DNA of 32,000 bases, taken from positions 1,620,001 to 1,652,000 of the forward strand of contig NZ_AP012549.1 in the NCBI RefSeq assembly GCF_000829235.1, given 5' to 3'. The stretch is from a cyanobacterium endosymbiont of Epithemia turgida isolate EtSB Lake Yunoko (GTDB lineage: Bacteria; Cyanobacteriota; Cyanobacteriia; Cyanobacteriales; Microcystaceae). Below, piece by piece: positions 9,399 to 19,339 of this stretch. A program made the position numbers and the translations under genes. The stretch's first letter is position 1. Each line of letters begins with the position of its first letter. The notes under the pieces are model-generated. The model had not been told where the DNA came from and ran no database searches. It saw only the letters and a program-made list of their open reading frames with translations.

Positions 9399-10535
9399 GT
9401 GAATACAATTTTTCCAGTCGATTTAGTCCGTCAATACAAGCTAATTAGTGAAGAAGTGGACCTAGCTGTTCTCGATGTGGTTCGCTCAGGTCGTTATATT
9501 GGTGGTGATGCTGTTAGTGGTTTTGAGCGACAATTTAGCCAATATGTGGGAACTTCTCATTGTGTCAGCTGTAATTCTGGAAGTGATGCTCTTTATTTGG
9601 CCCTACGCGCCTTTAATATTGGGCTGGGGGATGAAGTTATCACCTCCCCATTTACTTTTATTGCTACTGCAGAAACCATCTCTATGACTGGAGCTACTCC
9701 AATCTTTGTAGATATTGATCGCACGACTTTTAATCTAAATATAGATCTCTTAGAAAAGGCAATTACCCCCAAAACAAAAGCCATTATTCCGGTTCATCTG
9801 TTTGGTCAACCCGTTGGTATGACTCAACTTATGGACATTGCTCAGCGTCACAATCTTTATGTAATTGAAGACTGCGCTCAAGCAGCAGGGACGAGATGGG
9901 ATGAGAAAAGAGTAGGAAGTCTGGGACATATTGGCTGTTTTAGTTTCTTTCCCACGAAAAATTTAGGAACCTGTGGAGATGGGGGAGCTGTTACCACAAA
10001 TGATCTTGCGATCGCTGATACTATTCGTACTATTAAGGAACATGGTAGCCGTCAACGTTACAATCATGATTTAGTAGGAATAAATAGCCGTCTTGATACT
10101 ATTCAAGCCGCAATTTTACAAGTTAAATTACGTTATTTAGATCATTGGAACCAACAACGGCGAGCAGTGGCGCAACGATATCATGAGTTGCTCAAACTCA
10201 TCTCAGGGATTCAACTGCCTCAAGAGTTATTTGGAGGGTATCATGTTTGGAATCAGTACACTATTTTAGTCAAAAATAAAAGAGGAGAAACCGAAGTATT
10301 CCGTGATCATCTTCAGAAAAAATTAGAGAAAAAGGGGGTTATTTCGATGATTTATTATCCTATTCCTTTACATTTACAGAAGGTTTACCAAGGGTTAGGT
10401 TATGAGGTTGGTTCATTTCCGGTAACAGAAAAAGCTGTCCGTGAAGTCTTATCCTTACCGATGTTTCCTGAGATTTCTTTTAAGGAACAACAGCAAGTTG
10501 CTTATGCTTTAAAAGACTGTTTAAATGATAATTAA
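9399..10535 (+). CDS. DegT/DnrJ/EryC1/StrS-family PLP-dependent sugar aminotransferase
   Basis: 378 aa with a GTG start preceded by GGTAGGTAAGA. Family blocks are present: GGDAVSGFERQFSQYVG, DEVITSPFTFIATA, VIEDCAQA, and the PLP-lysine context SFFPTKNLG. Confidence 0.9.
   Translation: MNTIFPVDLVRQYKLISEEVDLAVLDVVRSGRYIGGDAVSGFERQFSQYVGTSHCVSCNSGSDALYLALRAFNIGLGDEVITSPFTFIATAETISMTGATPIFVDIDRTTFNLNIDLLEKAITPKTKAIIPVHLFGQPVGMTQLMDIAQRHNLYVIEDCAQAAGTRWDEKRVGSLGHIGCFSFFPTKNLGTCGDGGAVTTNDLAIADTIRTIKEHGSRQRYNHDLVGINSRLDTIQAAILQVKLRYLDHWNQQRRAVAQRYHELLKLISGIQLPQELFGGYHVWNQYTILVKNKRGETEVFRDHLQKKLEKKGVISMIYYPIPLHLQKVYQGLGYEVGSFPVTEKAVREVLSLPMFPEISFKEQQQVAYALKDCLNDN
10008..10015. repeat. HIP1 octamer GCGATCGC
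   Basis: Exact GCGATCGC at 10008-10015, inside the aminotransferase CDS. This is only the second perfect copy I could find in the window. Confidence 0.6.
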
Positions 10536-12626
10536 AACGTTAATTATACAATTCTATTTTTTAGAAAAAGTCAAGTTATTTTATGGTCAATACTAACCTT
10601 ACTTAGTTAGACTTTTAAGTAATAGATTAAATTTAAAGTATGTAGGATCAATATATCTCCAGAGGTTTTCTGATCTTATTTCTACAGTTCTTTGTTTAAA
10701 TTTATCTTTTAATATGATTTGTCTGTTGTGAAGAAAAATTATCTTTCTAATCTCATGCTTTTCCACTCTAAATAAATGGAGGCATTTTGGGGGGTTGGTT
10801 ACTTGACCAAGATTGCTAATTTTTACTAAGTTTTTTAAAACTACTTTAAGTAATAATTTTACTTGAGTTCAACAGAACAATGAAAAGTATTACGAGCTAT
10901 ATAAATACTTTAGTTTAATAAGGAATTCAATGATAAGTTAAATTGGTTTTGATGATTTTAAAATGGGGAAATCTAATAATAGCCTCTTTACTGACTTCTT
11001 CTAAGTGAGGACTAACTTCTGAAATAGTTTTTGATATGGACAAAGGTTATCTATCATAATGTATTAACCAAATAATATATTGAGTTCATGTGTTTACACA
11101 TTTTAGATAAATAACAATAAAAATATCTTAAAATTGTACGTTATGCCTAATTTTAGAGGTAAGCTTTTCCGGAAAAAATCCCATTGGCATTCGAAAGCTA
11201 CTATAATTATATTATCGAATTTTTTTACCTTTCATTTTTATTGATTTTTATATAATTATGACTTTTGCTAAGTAGTAAATACAAACATAACTAAGTTTAT
11301 AATAAATAATATTGGGATTAAAATCCTTGTTATTTCAGGAATAAAGCCTTTACTGTTAACTTTTGCATTCTAAGCTATTCGTTATTTAAATTGCTAGTTG
11401 AGACTGTATGAGAGGAAAAAGACACGAACTTAGGCGTAAAAATAGAACCCTTATACTAAAAAAGTCAATGAGTGGTTTAAATACACGACATTATACCAAC
11501 TTAAAATTGTTTTGTCTTTCAAGTAAATAAATAATTTTGAGAGGAATATAAGCTCTTAATTAGAGGGAATAAATAAAATTTTTACAGCCAAAACAATTTT
11601 TTAAAAAATATAAATTAGTAAAAAATCAAACAAAATCTCAGCAAAGTAGTAATTATATTATTGCTAATAACATAAAAAATTTCTTGAAAAACCTAAAATA
11701 TAAAATATAAAATTTTATTACTTTGGTCAAACAATTTTTTTAAAAAAAATAATGTAATTAAAAATTGAAATATATAACTGTTTATGTTTTAAAAGTTAAG
11801 CTAAAGTTAAGATAAAAGAAAGATAGACTTAATAATTTTTTATTGTTGTAATTTAGTGTTATAAATTGTTCTAACTTGTCGAGGTCGTTAAAGCGTACTT
11901 AAATTGTTACAATTTAATAACCAGAGTAATTTAAAAATTAATCTACTAAAAGATAGTGCCTATCAATCTATTAAATTTAGTTCCGATTATCTAATAATAG
12001 ATTTTTAATTCAGCGCGAATAGATATAATGATTTCCTGTTTTTACTTTTTCCAATTCCTAATAAAATAATTTTTCAAATTTTCCTGTCAGACATGTTTAA
12101 AGACTCATTGAAGCACATCTATTTATTATTATTTCCCATGTCTTCTAAATTTCTTGATTAAATGACTCTACCGAACTTTAATATGCTCTAATTTGGTAAT
12201 AATTTTAACGATAAGTAAACTTTTATACACTCAAAAAATTTTTAAATAAAGCTTTAAAGACGTTAAAATTAATGATTGTACATCCTAACCTAGGTAAAAC
12301 CGATTGAATCATTCCAATCTATATAATTTAAATTATCTCTCTTTATAAAAGATTTATTGTTTGTTCAATCCATAGATTATAATCACCAATATCTAAAGTC
12401 TTAGATATCGTTGTTTTCCGTCAATAGCGTTTATATAAAACAACTATCTTCATCAACTCGAACTACAGACGTGGACTTTGTAAAAATTGATAAAAGTTAA
12501 TCCCTACGAAAATGTTTGGCTAGATTTTAGTAAATTGGTATTGGTAATCTTTAAACCTGTAACATGAATCTTTCGTGAAAGCCTGTAAGACTCTACAAAA
12601 CTTGTCATTTTCTCTAAACCTATCAA

Positions 12627-14375
12627 CTAAAAATCTTCTTTTCCTTTTTCATATTGTTTTTTATAGAATCTAGCATAACGGCCTTCTTTGACCAACAACT
12701 CACTATGAGTTCCAAGCTCAACGACTTGTCCTTTTTCTAAAACTAAAATGCAATCAGCGCGACGGATAGTACTTAAACGATGGGCAATAACAAAAACAGT
12801 GCGGTTTTCCATCACCCGTTCTAAAGCCTCTTGTACCAACGCTTCGGATTCAGAATCCAAGGCAGAGGTAGCTTCGTCTAATATCATAATACGGGGATTG
12901 GGCAGAACAGCACGAGCAATCGCAATTCGTTGTCGTTGTCCCCCTGACAAGTTAACCCCCCGTTCTCCTACCCAACTTTCATAGCCTTGGGGTAATTTGC
13001 TAATAAATGAGTGAGCGTTAGCAATTTTAGCTGCTTCTTCAATAGTCTGTTGAACCAAGTATTCTTGTCCATAGGCAATATTTTGGGCAATCGTTCCTGA
13101 AAATAAAGTAGTTTCTTGGGGAACAATACCAATTTGACGACGAAGACTAGTTAAGGTAACATTTCTAATGTCTATTTCATCAATGAAAATTTGACCTTCC
13201 TGGGGGTCATAAAAACGGGGTAATAGATTAATTAAAGTCGTCTTACCAGCCCCAGAAGATCCCACTAAGGCAAGAATTTGACCAGGTTCGGCTAATAAGG
13301 ATAGTCCTCGCAAAACTGGTTGACCAGGTTGATAGGCAAAACTGACCTTGGAATATTCTACTCTTCCTGTCACCCGGGGTAAAGTTAACCTATCAGGACT
13401 CTCAATGACACTGGGTTTACAGTCAAATAATTCGAAAATACGATCTATTGATGCTTCGGCCTGTTTAAATTCATTGTAATTACTGGTCATTAAGTCAATG
13501 GGATGCAGCAACAAAGCAACAGCTGCTAAATAGCTAACAAATTCCTCAGATTTTAGATTTCCTTGTGAAATCTGCCAGCCTCCAATCAGGAAAAGCAACA
13601 TAATACTAATCGCTTCAAGAAACCCTACAATTGGATATTGAAATGCTTTAAGTTGTTCTGCATGATATTTAGACTGACGGTTACGTTCTGCTTCTTGGGA
13701 AAATCGCTTAACTTCATAGTCTTGGGCGGCAAACGCTTTAACGATTCGAATACCACTAAAAACCTCTGTTAATAAGGACGAAAGATTGGAAACTTGGTTT
13801 TGACTACGACGGGATAATAGCAATAATTTTCCCCCAAAACGACTGACTAAGATAGCCATTAACGGAGACAAAACGAAACTGGCAATAGTTAACTGCCAGT
13901 TTAAATAAAACATATAAGCAGGAATCACAATCAATTGAAGAAAATTAGAAATAAATTGATGGGATAGTTTATCAATAATTTCTCCAACCCGATCTATATC
14001 TTCTGTTAAGCGATAGGTTAAGTCTCCAGTTTTTGCCGTTTCAAAAAAATTTAGTCCTAATCTATGGAGGTGAGTATATACTCCTTTTCGTAAGTTTAAA
14101 CTCATAATAAGGGCAGCATTGATCATAAAAATATTTTGCCCATATTGAAAGACTCCTCGAACTAAAAATGCCAAGGTTCCTAACCCCAACCAATAAGCAA
14201 CTTTTTCTACATCTCCTTTTCCAATAAATAGAGCTACTTTACCAGCAAGATAGGGCAAACAAAGAGTGATAGAAACAAATCCTAAAATGCATAATAGTCC
14301 TTTGACAATCAATGGCCATTGTGTCCATAAATATGGAAGTATTCGCCACCAATTTGATCTTTTTTTTATAGCCAT
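12627..14375 (-). CDS. ABC exporter, fused permease plus ATPase (MsbA/ABCB-like)
   Basis: 582 aa with an N-terminal 6-TM-type domain. It carries Walker A GSSGAGKTT, the signature LSGGQRQRIAIARA, Walker B IMILDEATSALD and an H-loop IAHRLST. Confidence 0.9.
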   Translation of the reverse strand: MAIKKRSNWWRILPYLWTQWPLIVKGLLCILGFVSITLCLPYLAGKVALFIGKGDVEKVAYWLGLGTLAFLVRGVFQYGQNIFMINAALIMSLNLRKGVYTHLHRLGLNFFETAKTGDLTYRLTEDIDRVGEIIDKLSHQFISNFLQLIVIPAYMFYLNWQLTIASFVLSPLMAILVSRFGGKLLLLSRRSQNQVSNLSSLLTEVFSGIRIVKAFAAQDYEVKRFSQEAERNRQSKYHAEQLKAFQYPIVGFLEAISIMLLFLIGGWQISQGNLKSEEFVSYLAAVALLLHPIDLMTSNYNEFKQAEASIDRIFELFDCKPSVIESPDRLTLPRVTGRVEYSKVSFAYQPGQPVLRGLSLLAEPGQILALVGSSGAGKTTLINLLPRFYDPQEGQIFIDEIDIRNVTLTSLRRQIGIVPQETTLFSGTIAQNIAYGQEYLVQQTIEEAAKIANAHSFISKLPQGYESWVGERGVNLSGGQRQRIAIARAVLPNPRIMILDEATSALDSESEALVQEALERVMENRTVFVIAHRLSTIRRADCILVLEKGQVVELGTHSELLVKEGRYARFYKKQYEKGKEDF

Positions 14376-14482
14376 TACTAATAATTATTTTTTCAAGATT
14401 CAGCTATTATTAGACAGTGAAGGTATTTAACATATCAGCAAAGTCAGCAATTTTTTCACTGTTAATATCAATGGACATTTAT

Positions 14483-14509
14483 TTCTAGTAAATAGAATAT
14501 TTACTAGAA
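14483..14509. repeat. perfect 12-bp-stem inverted repeat (hairpin)
   Basis: TTCTAGTAAATA (14483-14494) and TATTTACTAGAA (14498-14509) are exact reverse complements separated by a GAA loop. The element lies about 110 nt upstream of the ABC exporter start codon, on the opposite-strand coordinate side. Confidence 0.6.
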
Positions 14510-15171
14510 GTTTATCTAACTTCTCTAATTGAAATAAGCTGTATAAACTAGTGTGGTATTGTAACACATTTTGTTGCTCAATTTGGTTGATAAATATAAA
14601 TTTATTTAGCTTAATTTATCTGTTGTAATGATATCTTATTTAAGGATCCCATGTAGTTTTAATTAGTAATTTAGATTGCGAACAGTTTATACTTATGCCT
14701 CTGCACTTTTTTTATATATGAGTACTGTTTCCCTTATCAATAACCTGCTTTACACTTGAAAATAGACCCAAAAAATTAATAATAGACTAACAATTTTGGC
14801 TCTTCTATACTTAATAGACTATATTAGTGGGTAACAATATCTAAAACTTTAGATTAGTTATTTTACTAAACCTGTCATATGGAATTATTAAGATTAACGT
14901 GTTTAAAACTTATTTAGTAATTTTTAAAGTTTCTATAGAGCCAAACCAGTAAGGTAAGCTCAATATAATTATTCTATCCTTTTTTTTGATATATTCTTAG
15001 ATTCAAGATTATATGCAGGTCGTTCTCTTGAACTACTTGAGGAAAATCAAAATTATTCTTGATTAGATGGGATATTATTCCGTATTTGAGCCTTTTACCA
15101 AGATAAAATTTTAACAAATCGACGATGCCAGCCTCATTCTTCATAAGAAGGAAATAATTTTTTTGACTTTT

Positions 15172-16416
15172 CTATCTTTTTTTACTGAACATTATTTGGT
15201 TTTTATCCTCCATATAATTCAATAAAAGTTTAGCAATTCTGATAGATGCTCCAGGCGGACCAAAACGCTTTTGTCCTTTTTCAAAACAGGTGGCTAAATA
15301 CTCCTTATCCGCTACTGTTTCTGCTATTCGTTTGGCTGCTTCACGAAGGGTTTCTAAAGTAGCAGGTCCGGTCCCGATAGTTTGGGCGCAACTACCAATG
15401 AGTCTGGTTTGCGCCTCGGCAAATTCATAAGTAAATTGGGGTCCCTCTCCTGGGACTTGAATAACGGGTTTTCCTAAGGCTACCCCTTGATCTACTGCTA
15501 ACCCGGCCATTCCTAACATTAGGGTACAATTGTGTAGAATATCGCTAAAAGCGTCAGAATAACACCTAACTTCGGCTGTTCCGCAATCAAATTGATAAGT
15601 TAGTTGACCTGCGTTGTGTTTCCATCCTTCATTGTTGGCTATTTCGGCTAATTGGTTCATTAGTTTGGGGACCAAAGCTGCTCGAAATTGAATGTGATCG
15701 GTGGGCATCACTTTAACAATTTCTAGAACAAGGTTCAATTGCAATTTAAAATTACGTTCTGCTTCAGGAAGTCTTGATCCTGGGAGTAAGGCGATAGTAG
15801 GAATATTGGGGTTAAGATGTAGATCTTTTCCCGTAGGGACGAGTTTATCTAGAGAAGGAATTCCGCCGAATTTGGCTTTAATGATTCCTTGTCGTTTAAG
15901 ATCTTGAGCGGTATAAGGATCTCTAGTCACCACCGCTAAACATTTTGGTGATCGCAGGAAATGCCCAATAAACGGACCAATATATAATTTTCCTTCATAA
16001 AGACTCGACAGACAGGAAATAAAAGAAACGTAGGGATATCCTGTAGAATAGGCAAACCCTTGGGATACAGTATCCCCTGTTGCCATAATTAAGTCACAAG
16101 TGGAGGCATATTCCCAAACTGCCTTTAATTGCCTCCAGGCTAACCCAATCAATCCCGCTCGGAGGTCCGTGAGAAAACGCCAACGGTTAATATAGGAAAA
16201 TCCTCCAGAGGGCATATTTTGAGTAGGTCCAATAATCGGGATATTCAATCGACGATAGGCATTCCCTTCCCCAACAATAGGCATTGCTGCTATCTCTAAG
16301 TCTGAACAAAGTTCAAGTAAGGTTTCAATCACATAGGAGGAGTGGTTATCCTCTCCATGTCCATTACTAATAAATAAGATTCTTTTTTGAGAGGATGACA
16401 TAAGAATTTTTAACAA
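15172..16416 (-). CDS. lipid-A-disaccharide synthase (LpxB)-related glycosyltransferase-like protein
   Basis: 414 aa. The N-terminal ILFISNGHGED and overall GT-B-like layout match my recollection of the conserved cyanobacterial 'lipid-A-disaccharide synthase-related' family. The assignment is from memory, not from a motif I can prove. Confidence 0.55.
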   Translation of the reverse strand: MLKILMSSSQKRILFISNGHGEDNHSSYVIETLLELCSDLEIAAMPIVGEGNAYRRLNIPIIGPTQNMPSGGFSYINRWRFLTDLRAGLIGLAWRQLKAVWEYASTCDLIMATGDTVSQGFAYSTGYPYVSFISCLSSLYEGKLYIGPFIGHFLRSPKCLAVVTRDPYTAQDLKRQGIIKAKFGGIPSLDKLVPTGKDLHLNPNIPTIALLPGSRLPEAERNFKLQLNLVLEIVKVMPTDHIQFRAALVPKLMNQLAEIANNEGWKHNAGQLTYQFDCGTAEVRCYSDAFSDILHNCTLMLGMAGLAVDQGVALGKPVIQVPGEGPQFTYEFAEAQTRLIGSCAQTIGTGPATLETLREAAKRIAETVADKEYLATCFEKGQKRFGPPGASIRIAKLLLNYMEDKNQIMFSKKR

Positions 16417-16478
16417 TTAATTTTCAACGTGACACCCCACCATAGAGATCTCACTAGATACTCAATGCGTTTCAACGG

Positions 16479-17288
16479 TCAGACAAGTTTGGGTTGATTT
16501 ATTCCTTGTTTTAAAGATCTAAAAAATTCTTCAACCGAACTTAATCCTTCTTCGGGAGTTCCTTGAGATAACCGTTTGACAATAGCACTTCCTATAATTA
16601 CTGCATCCGCCCCCCAATTTTTCACCTGAACTGCATGTTTAACTTCGGAGATACCGAAACCAACCCCAATAGGTTTGTCAGTAACACTATGTAAATTAGT
16701 GATTAACTCTTCTACCCTACTGGCTACTTGTGACCGAACTCCCGTTACTCCAGTCACACTCACCAAATAGATAAACCCCTGAGATTGACGAGCAATTGCC
16801 TGAATTCGTTCTATGGGACTATTAGGAGCAACTAATAGGGTTACTTCAATGCCCTCCGCGGCTGCAAGGTTCAACAAGCTCTGAGCTTCTTCTAGAGGCA
16901 AATCAGGAACAACTAGACCTTTAACACCAGCTTCTTTAACTCGTTTCAGATAAGATTCTACTCCATGATAAAAAATAGGATTGTAGTAGGTAAATAAAAC
17001 AATTGGGGCTTTAATTTTCGGGGAAACTTGTTTAACAATCTCTAAGACGTCTTGTAATTTAATTCCATGGACTAAGGCACGGGTGGCGGCTGCTTGTATA
17101 ACAGGTCCATCAGCTAAGGAATCGGCATAAGGAACCCCTAACTCAATCAAATCTGCTCCTAAACGATCAAGAAGGTGTAAAGCTCGAGCAGTAGTGTCTA
17201 AATCAGGATCACCAGCTGTTATAAAGGGAATTAAGGCACATCTACCCTGAGCGCGTAGAGATCGGAAACAATCAGAAACCGAGGTCAT
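16479..17288 (-). CDS. trpA: tryptophan synthase alpha chain
   Basis: 269 aa containing [30 protein letters not shown] and [13 protein letters not shown]. Confidence 0.95.
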   Translation of the reverse strand: MTSVSDCFRSLRAQGRCALIPFITAGDPDLDTTARALHLLDRLGADLIELGVPYADSLADGPVIQAAATRALVHGIKLQDVLEIVKQVSPKIKAPIVLFTYYNPIFYHGVESYLKRVKEAGVKGLVVPDLPLEEAQSLLNLAAAEGIEVTLLVAPNSPIERIQAIARQSQGFIYLVSVTGVTGVRSQVASRVEELITNLHSVTDKPIGVGFGISEVKHAVQVKNWGADAVIIGSAIVKRLSQGTPEEGLSSVEEFFRSLKQGINQPKLV

Positions 17289-17404
17289 AGTTGTAAATTA
17301 CCAAGTCGAAAGTTAGAAGGGATAAACGTGTGTTGACCCTTACAGAGGTCAAATACAAGTTTTATTGATTAACATCGAGATCTTGATTGTTCTTGTGCGA
17401 TTTC

Positions 17405-17683
17405 CTATTGTAATTTTTCAAGTTCTTCTGAGCTCATTGCTTCAAGTCGTTTTTGCAAGACTGCATCTTCATAGTCTTTAACTTGTTGATTGTAGGTCAT
17501 TTTTTTACCCATTACTCTAAACAGGTAGGTCAGCGTCCAGCCAACCAGACCTATTATCAATAAAGACTGACTACAAATTCCAGCTGATATTCCATCAAAT
17601 CCTACAGTCTCAAAAAATAGATAAGCCACTCCACCTGCGGTAAAAATAGTAATTCCAATGGCAATAACATCAATTCGTCGCAT
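17405..17683 (-). CDS. DUF3007-family small membrane protein
   Basis: 92 aa with two TM segments followed by a charged tail (YNQQVKDYEDAVLQKRLEAMSSEELEKLQ). The ndhL-DUF3007-trpA neighbourhood is typical of cyanobacteria. Confidence 0.7.
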   Translation of the reverse strand: MRRIDVIAIGITIFTAGGVAYLFFETVGFDGISAGICSQSLLIIGLVGWTLTYLFRVMGKKMTYNQQVKDYEDAVLQKRLEAMSSEELEKLQ

Positions 17684-17721
17684 GGTGTGCTATATCTTTA
17701 AATTTAAATTAATTCCTGGAA

Positions 17722-17967
17722 TTAAGTTGTGATATTGCGCCGTTTAGGTCTAAAATTCAAAAAAGGACTCAATATTAACATTCCTGGGAAAAAGAAAAAC
17801 ATCAAAAAATACATCAATACTCGTTCAAAAGAACTAGCTACATACCAACGACTGTTTAGATAAAAATAGACTATTCCAGGAATAATCAAAAGATAGAGAA
17901 CGCTCAAAGTTAGGTAGAGTAGAGCAATTGAAAGAGTATCGTTCGTTAGAAAGTCGGCTATGGTCAT
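17722..17967 (-). CDS. ndhL: NAD(P)H-quinone oxidoreductase (NDH-1) subunit L
   Basis: 81 aa with two TM helices. The sequence LYLLIIPGIVYFYLNSRWYVASSFERVLMYFLMFFFFPGMLILSPFLNFRP matches the conserved NdhL pattern. Confidence 0.85.
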   Translation of the reverse strand: MTIADFLTNDTLSIALLYLTLSVLYLLIIPGIVYFYLNSRWYVASSFERVLMYFLMFFFFPGMLILSPFLNFRPKRRNITT

Positions 17968-18973
17968 TGTTCAACAGTAAATATTTACACTTAGCTTAGT
18001 TTATCTAAAATTTTCACAAAATGCCTCCACTACAGTCAACAGAGACACATTGAAAATGCAAGTGAGCGTATGTATCTCACTAAAAGTTTGGAGACACCTG
18101 CTTCAATACATTGTATAGACGTAGAATGGTGCCGTCTACTAAAGTAAGAGAGTTTGAATGTATGGTGTAGTCAAAGAACCTTGACTTTTTATTCAAAAAA
18201 CCAAATTTAACCTGTAAGAGTTGTTATATATGGCAATAAACGTACAAACATACTCAGATAAAGATTTTCAATATTTTAGAAAGCTATCCCAACGATGGTG
18301 TAGGGCATACAGAGACAAAACTAAAAGCTTTCGAAGAGTCTGGCTTTGAAGTTTTGATGGAGATATTGGGAATGTAAACAGTTTCGTTGAGCAAAGAATT
18401 TATAACAGTAGTGTAAAAAAATCTCTTGTTACAACAGAGGTTAATAAGGCAACACCTCAGTCTACCCCATTTCTAAATTCTTAATGTCAATGTTTAGGTA
18501 CTTTTTAGAAATTTATGTTTTTATGCCCTCTTAAAAAGAAATATATTCTTTCCTTTTCAAGAAAACTTACCTATTTTTTAACTTTGTCTCCACATTGATT
18601 ACATCTAATTTAACAACGATTAATCTTTATGATTTTGAGATATACAGTTTTTTCTTCCCAAGGTAAATCTCTTTAATAGTAATTTAATTATCAAAACAAA
18701 AATTATTTTTTAATAAGCAATAATCAGTACAATTTGCTCTTAGCTACATTTTTTAAAGACAATGAAATTGTTACCATATTACTTAAAACTTTAAGTTAGA
18801 TAATGGGTTAAATCTTTATTTAAAATCTTGTTTATTAAGCCGGATTTAGTTTTTTATTTCATAGGTATAAACCTATCAACCAGTAAAGATATTGATTTTA
18901 GTATGATTTAATTTAAGGATGAGAGCTAAAAATTATATGTATAACAGTCATGGCTATACTTAACTTATTATTA

Positions 18974-19009
18974 ATTTTTAAACTATATATAAATATATAG
19001 TTTAAAAAT
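18974..19009. repeat. perfect 16-bp-stem AT-rich inverted repeat
   Basis: ATTTTTAAACTATATA (18974-18989) and TATATAGTTTAAAAAT (18994-19009) are exact reverse complements with a TAAA loop. Confidence 0.6.
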
Positions 19010-19339
19010 AACGATTATTAGATGTCAGTCAGCTTAACAATTCAGGTAAAAAATTGGAATAGCAAGAATCATTAAAATTGACTAAGGCTTTAAATAATTT
19101 CTCCAAAATAATGGAAATAAAAACTCCAGAAAGCAGAAATTAAAACAGTATAAATTAAGTTATAATTATTTATATATAAATATATTAACCATTTTTTTTA
19201 TTGACATTTATTGAAAGTTACCTACTTAATTGATATTTTGATAAAAAAAAGAAATAAAAGTAGAAAAAATATTTTTGGTTAGACGGCTTAGACAGGTATT
19301 AAAATAAGATTTAAATCAAAATTGTTGTAACGGGTTAAC

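Noticed and set aside
9475-9784. Two short ORFs (9475-9687 + and 9593-9784 -)
   Set aside because: Both are nested in or antisense to the DegT-type aminotransferase CDS.
11570-11770. Two roughly 60-bp degenerate direct repeats (about 11570-11630 and 11705-11770) built around AAACAATTTTTTAAAAAA
   Set aside because: The alignment needs several indels and consists mostly of A/T homopolymer runs. I cannot distinguish it from low-complexity similarity.
12748-12984. 78-aa + strand ORF
   Set aside because: It is antisense to the nucleotide-binding domain of the ABC exporter.
15701-15907. 68-aa + strand ORF
   Set aside because: It is antisense to the LpxB-related gene.
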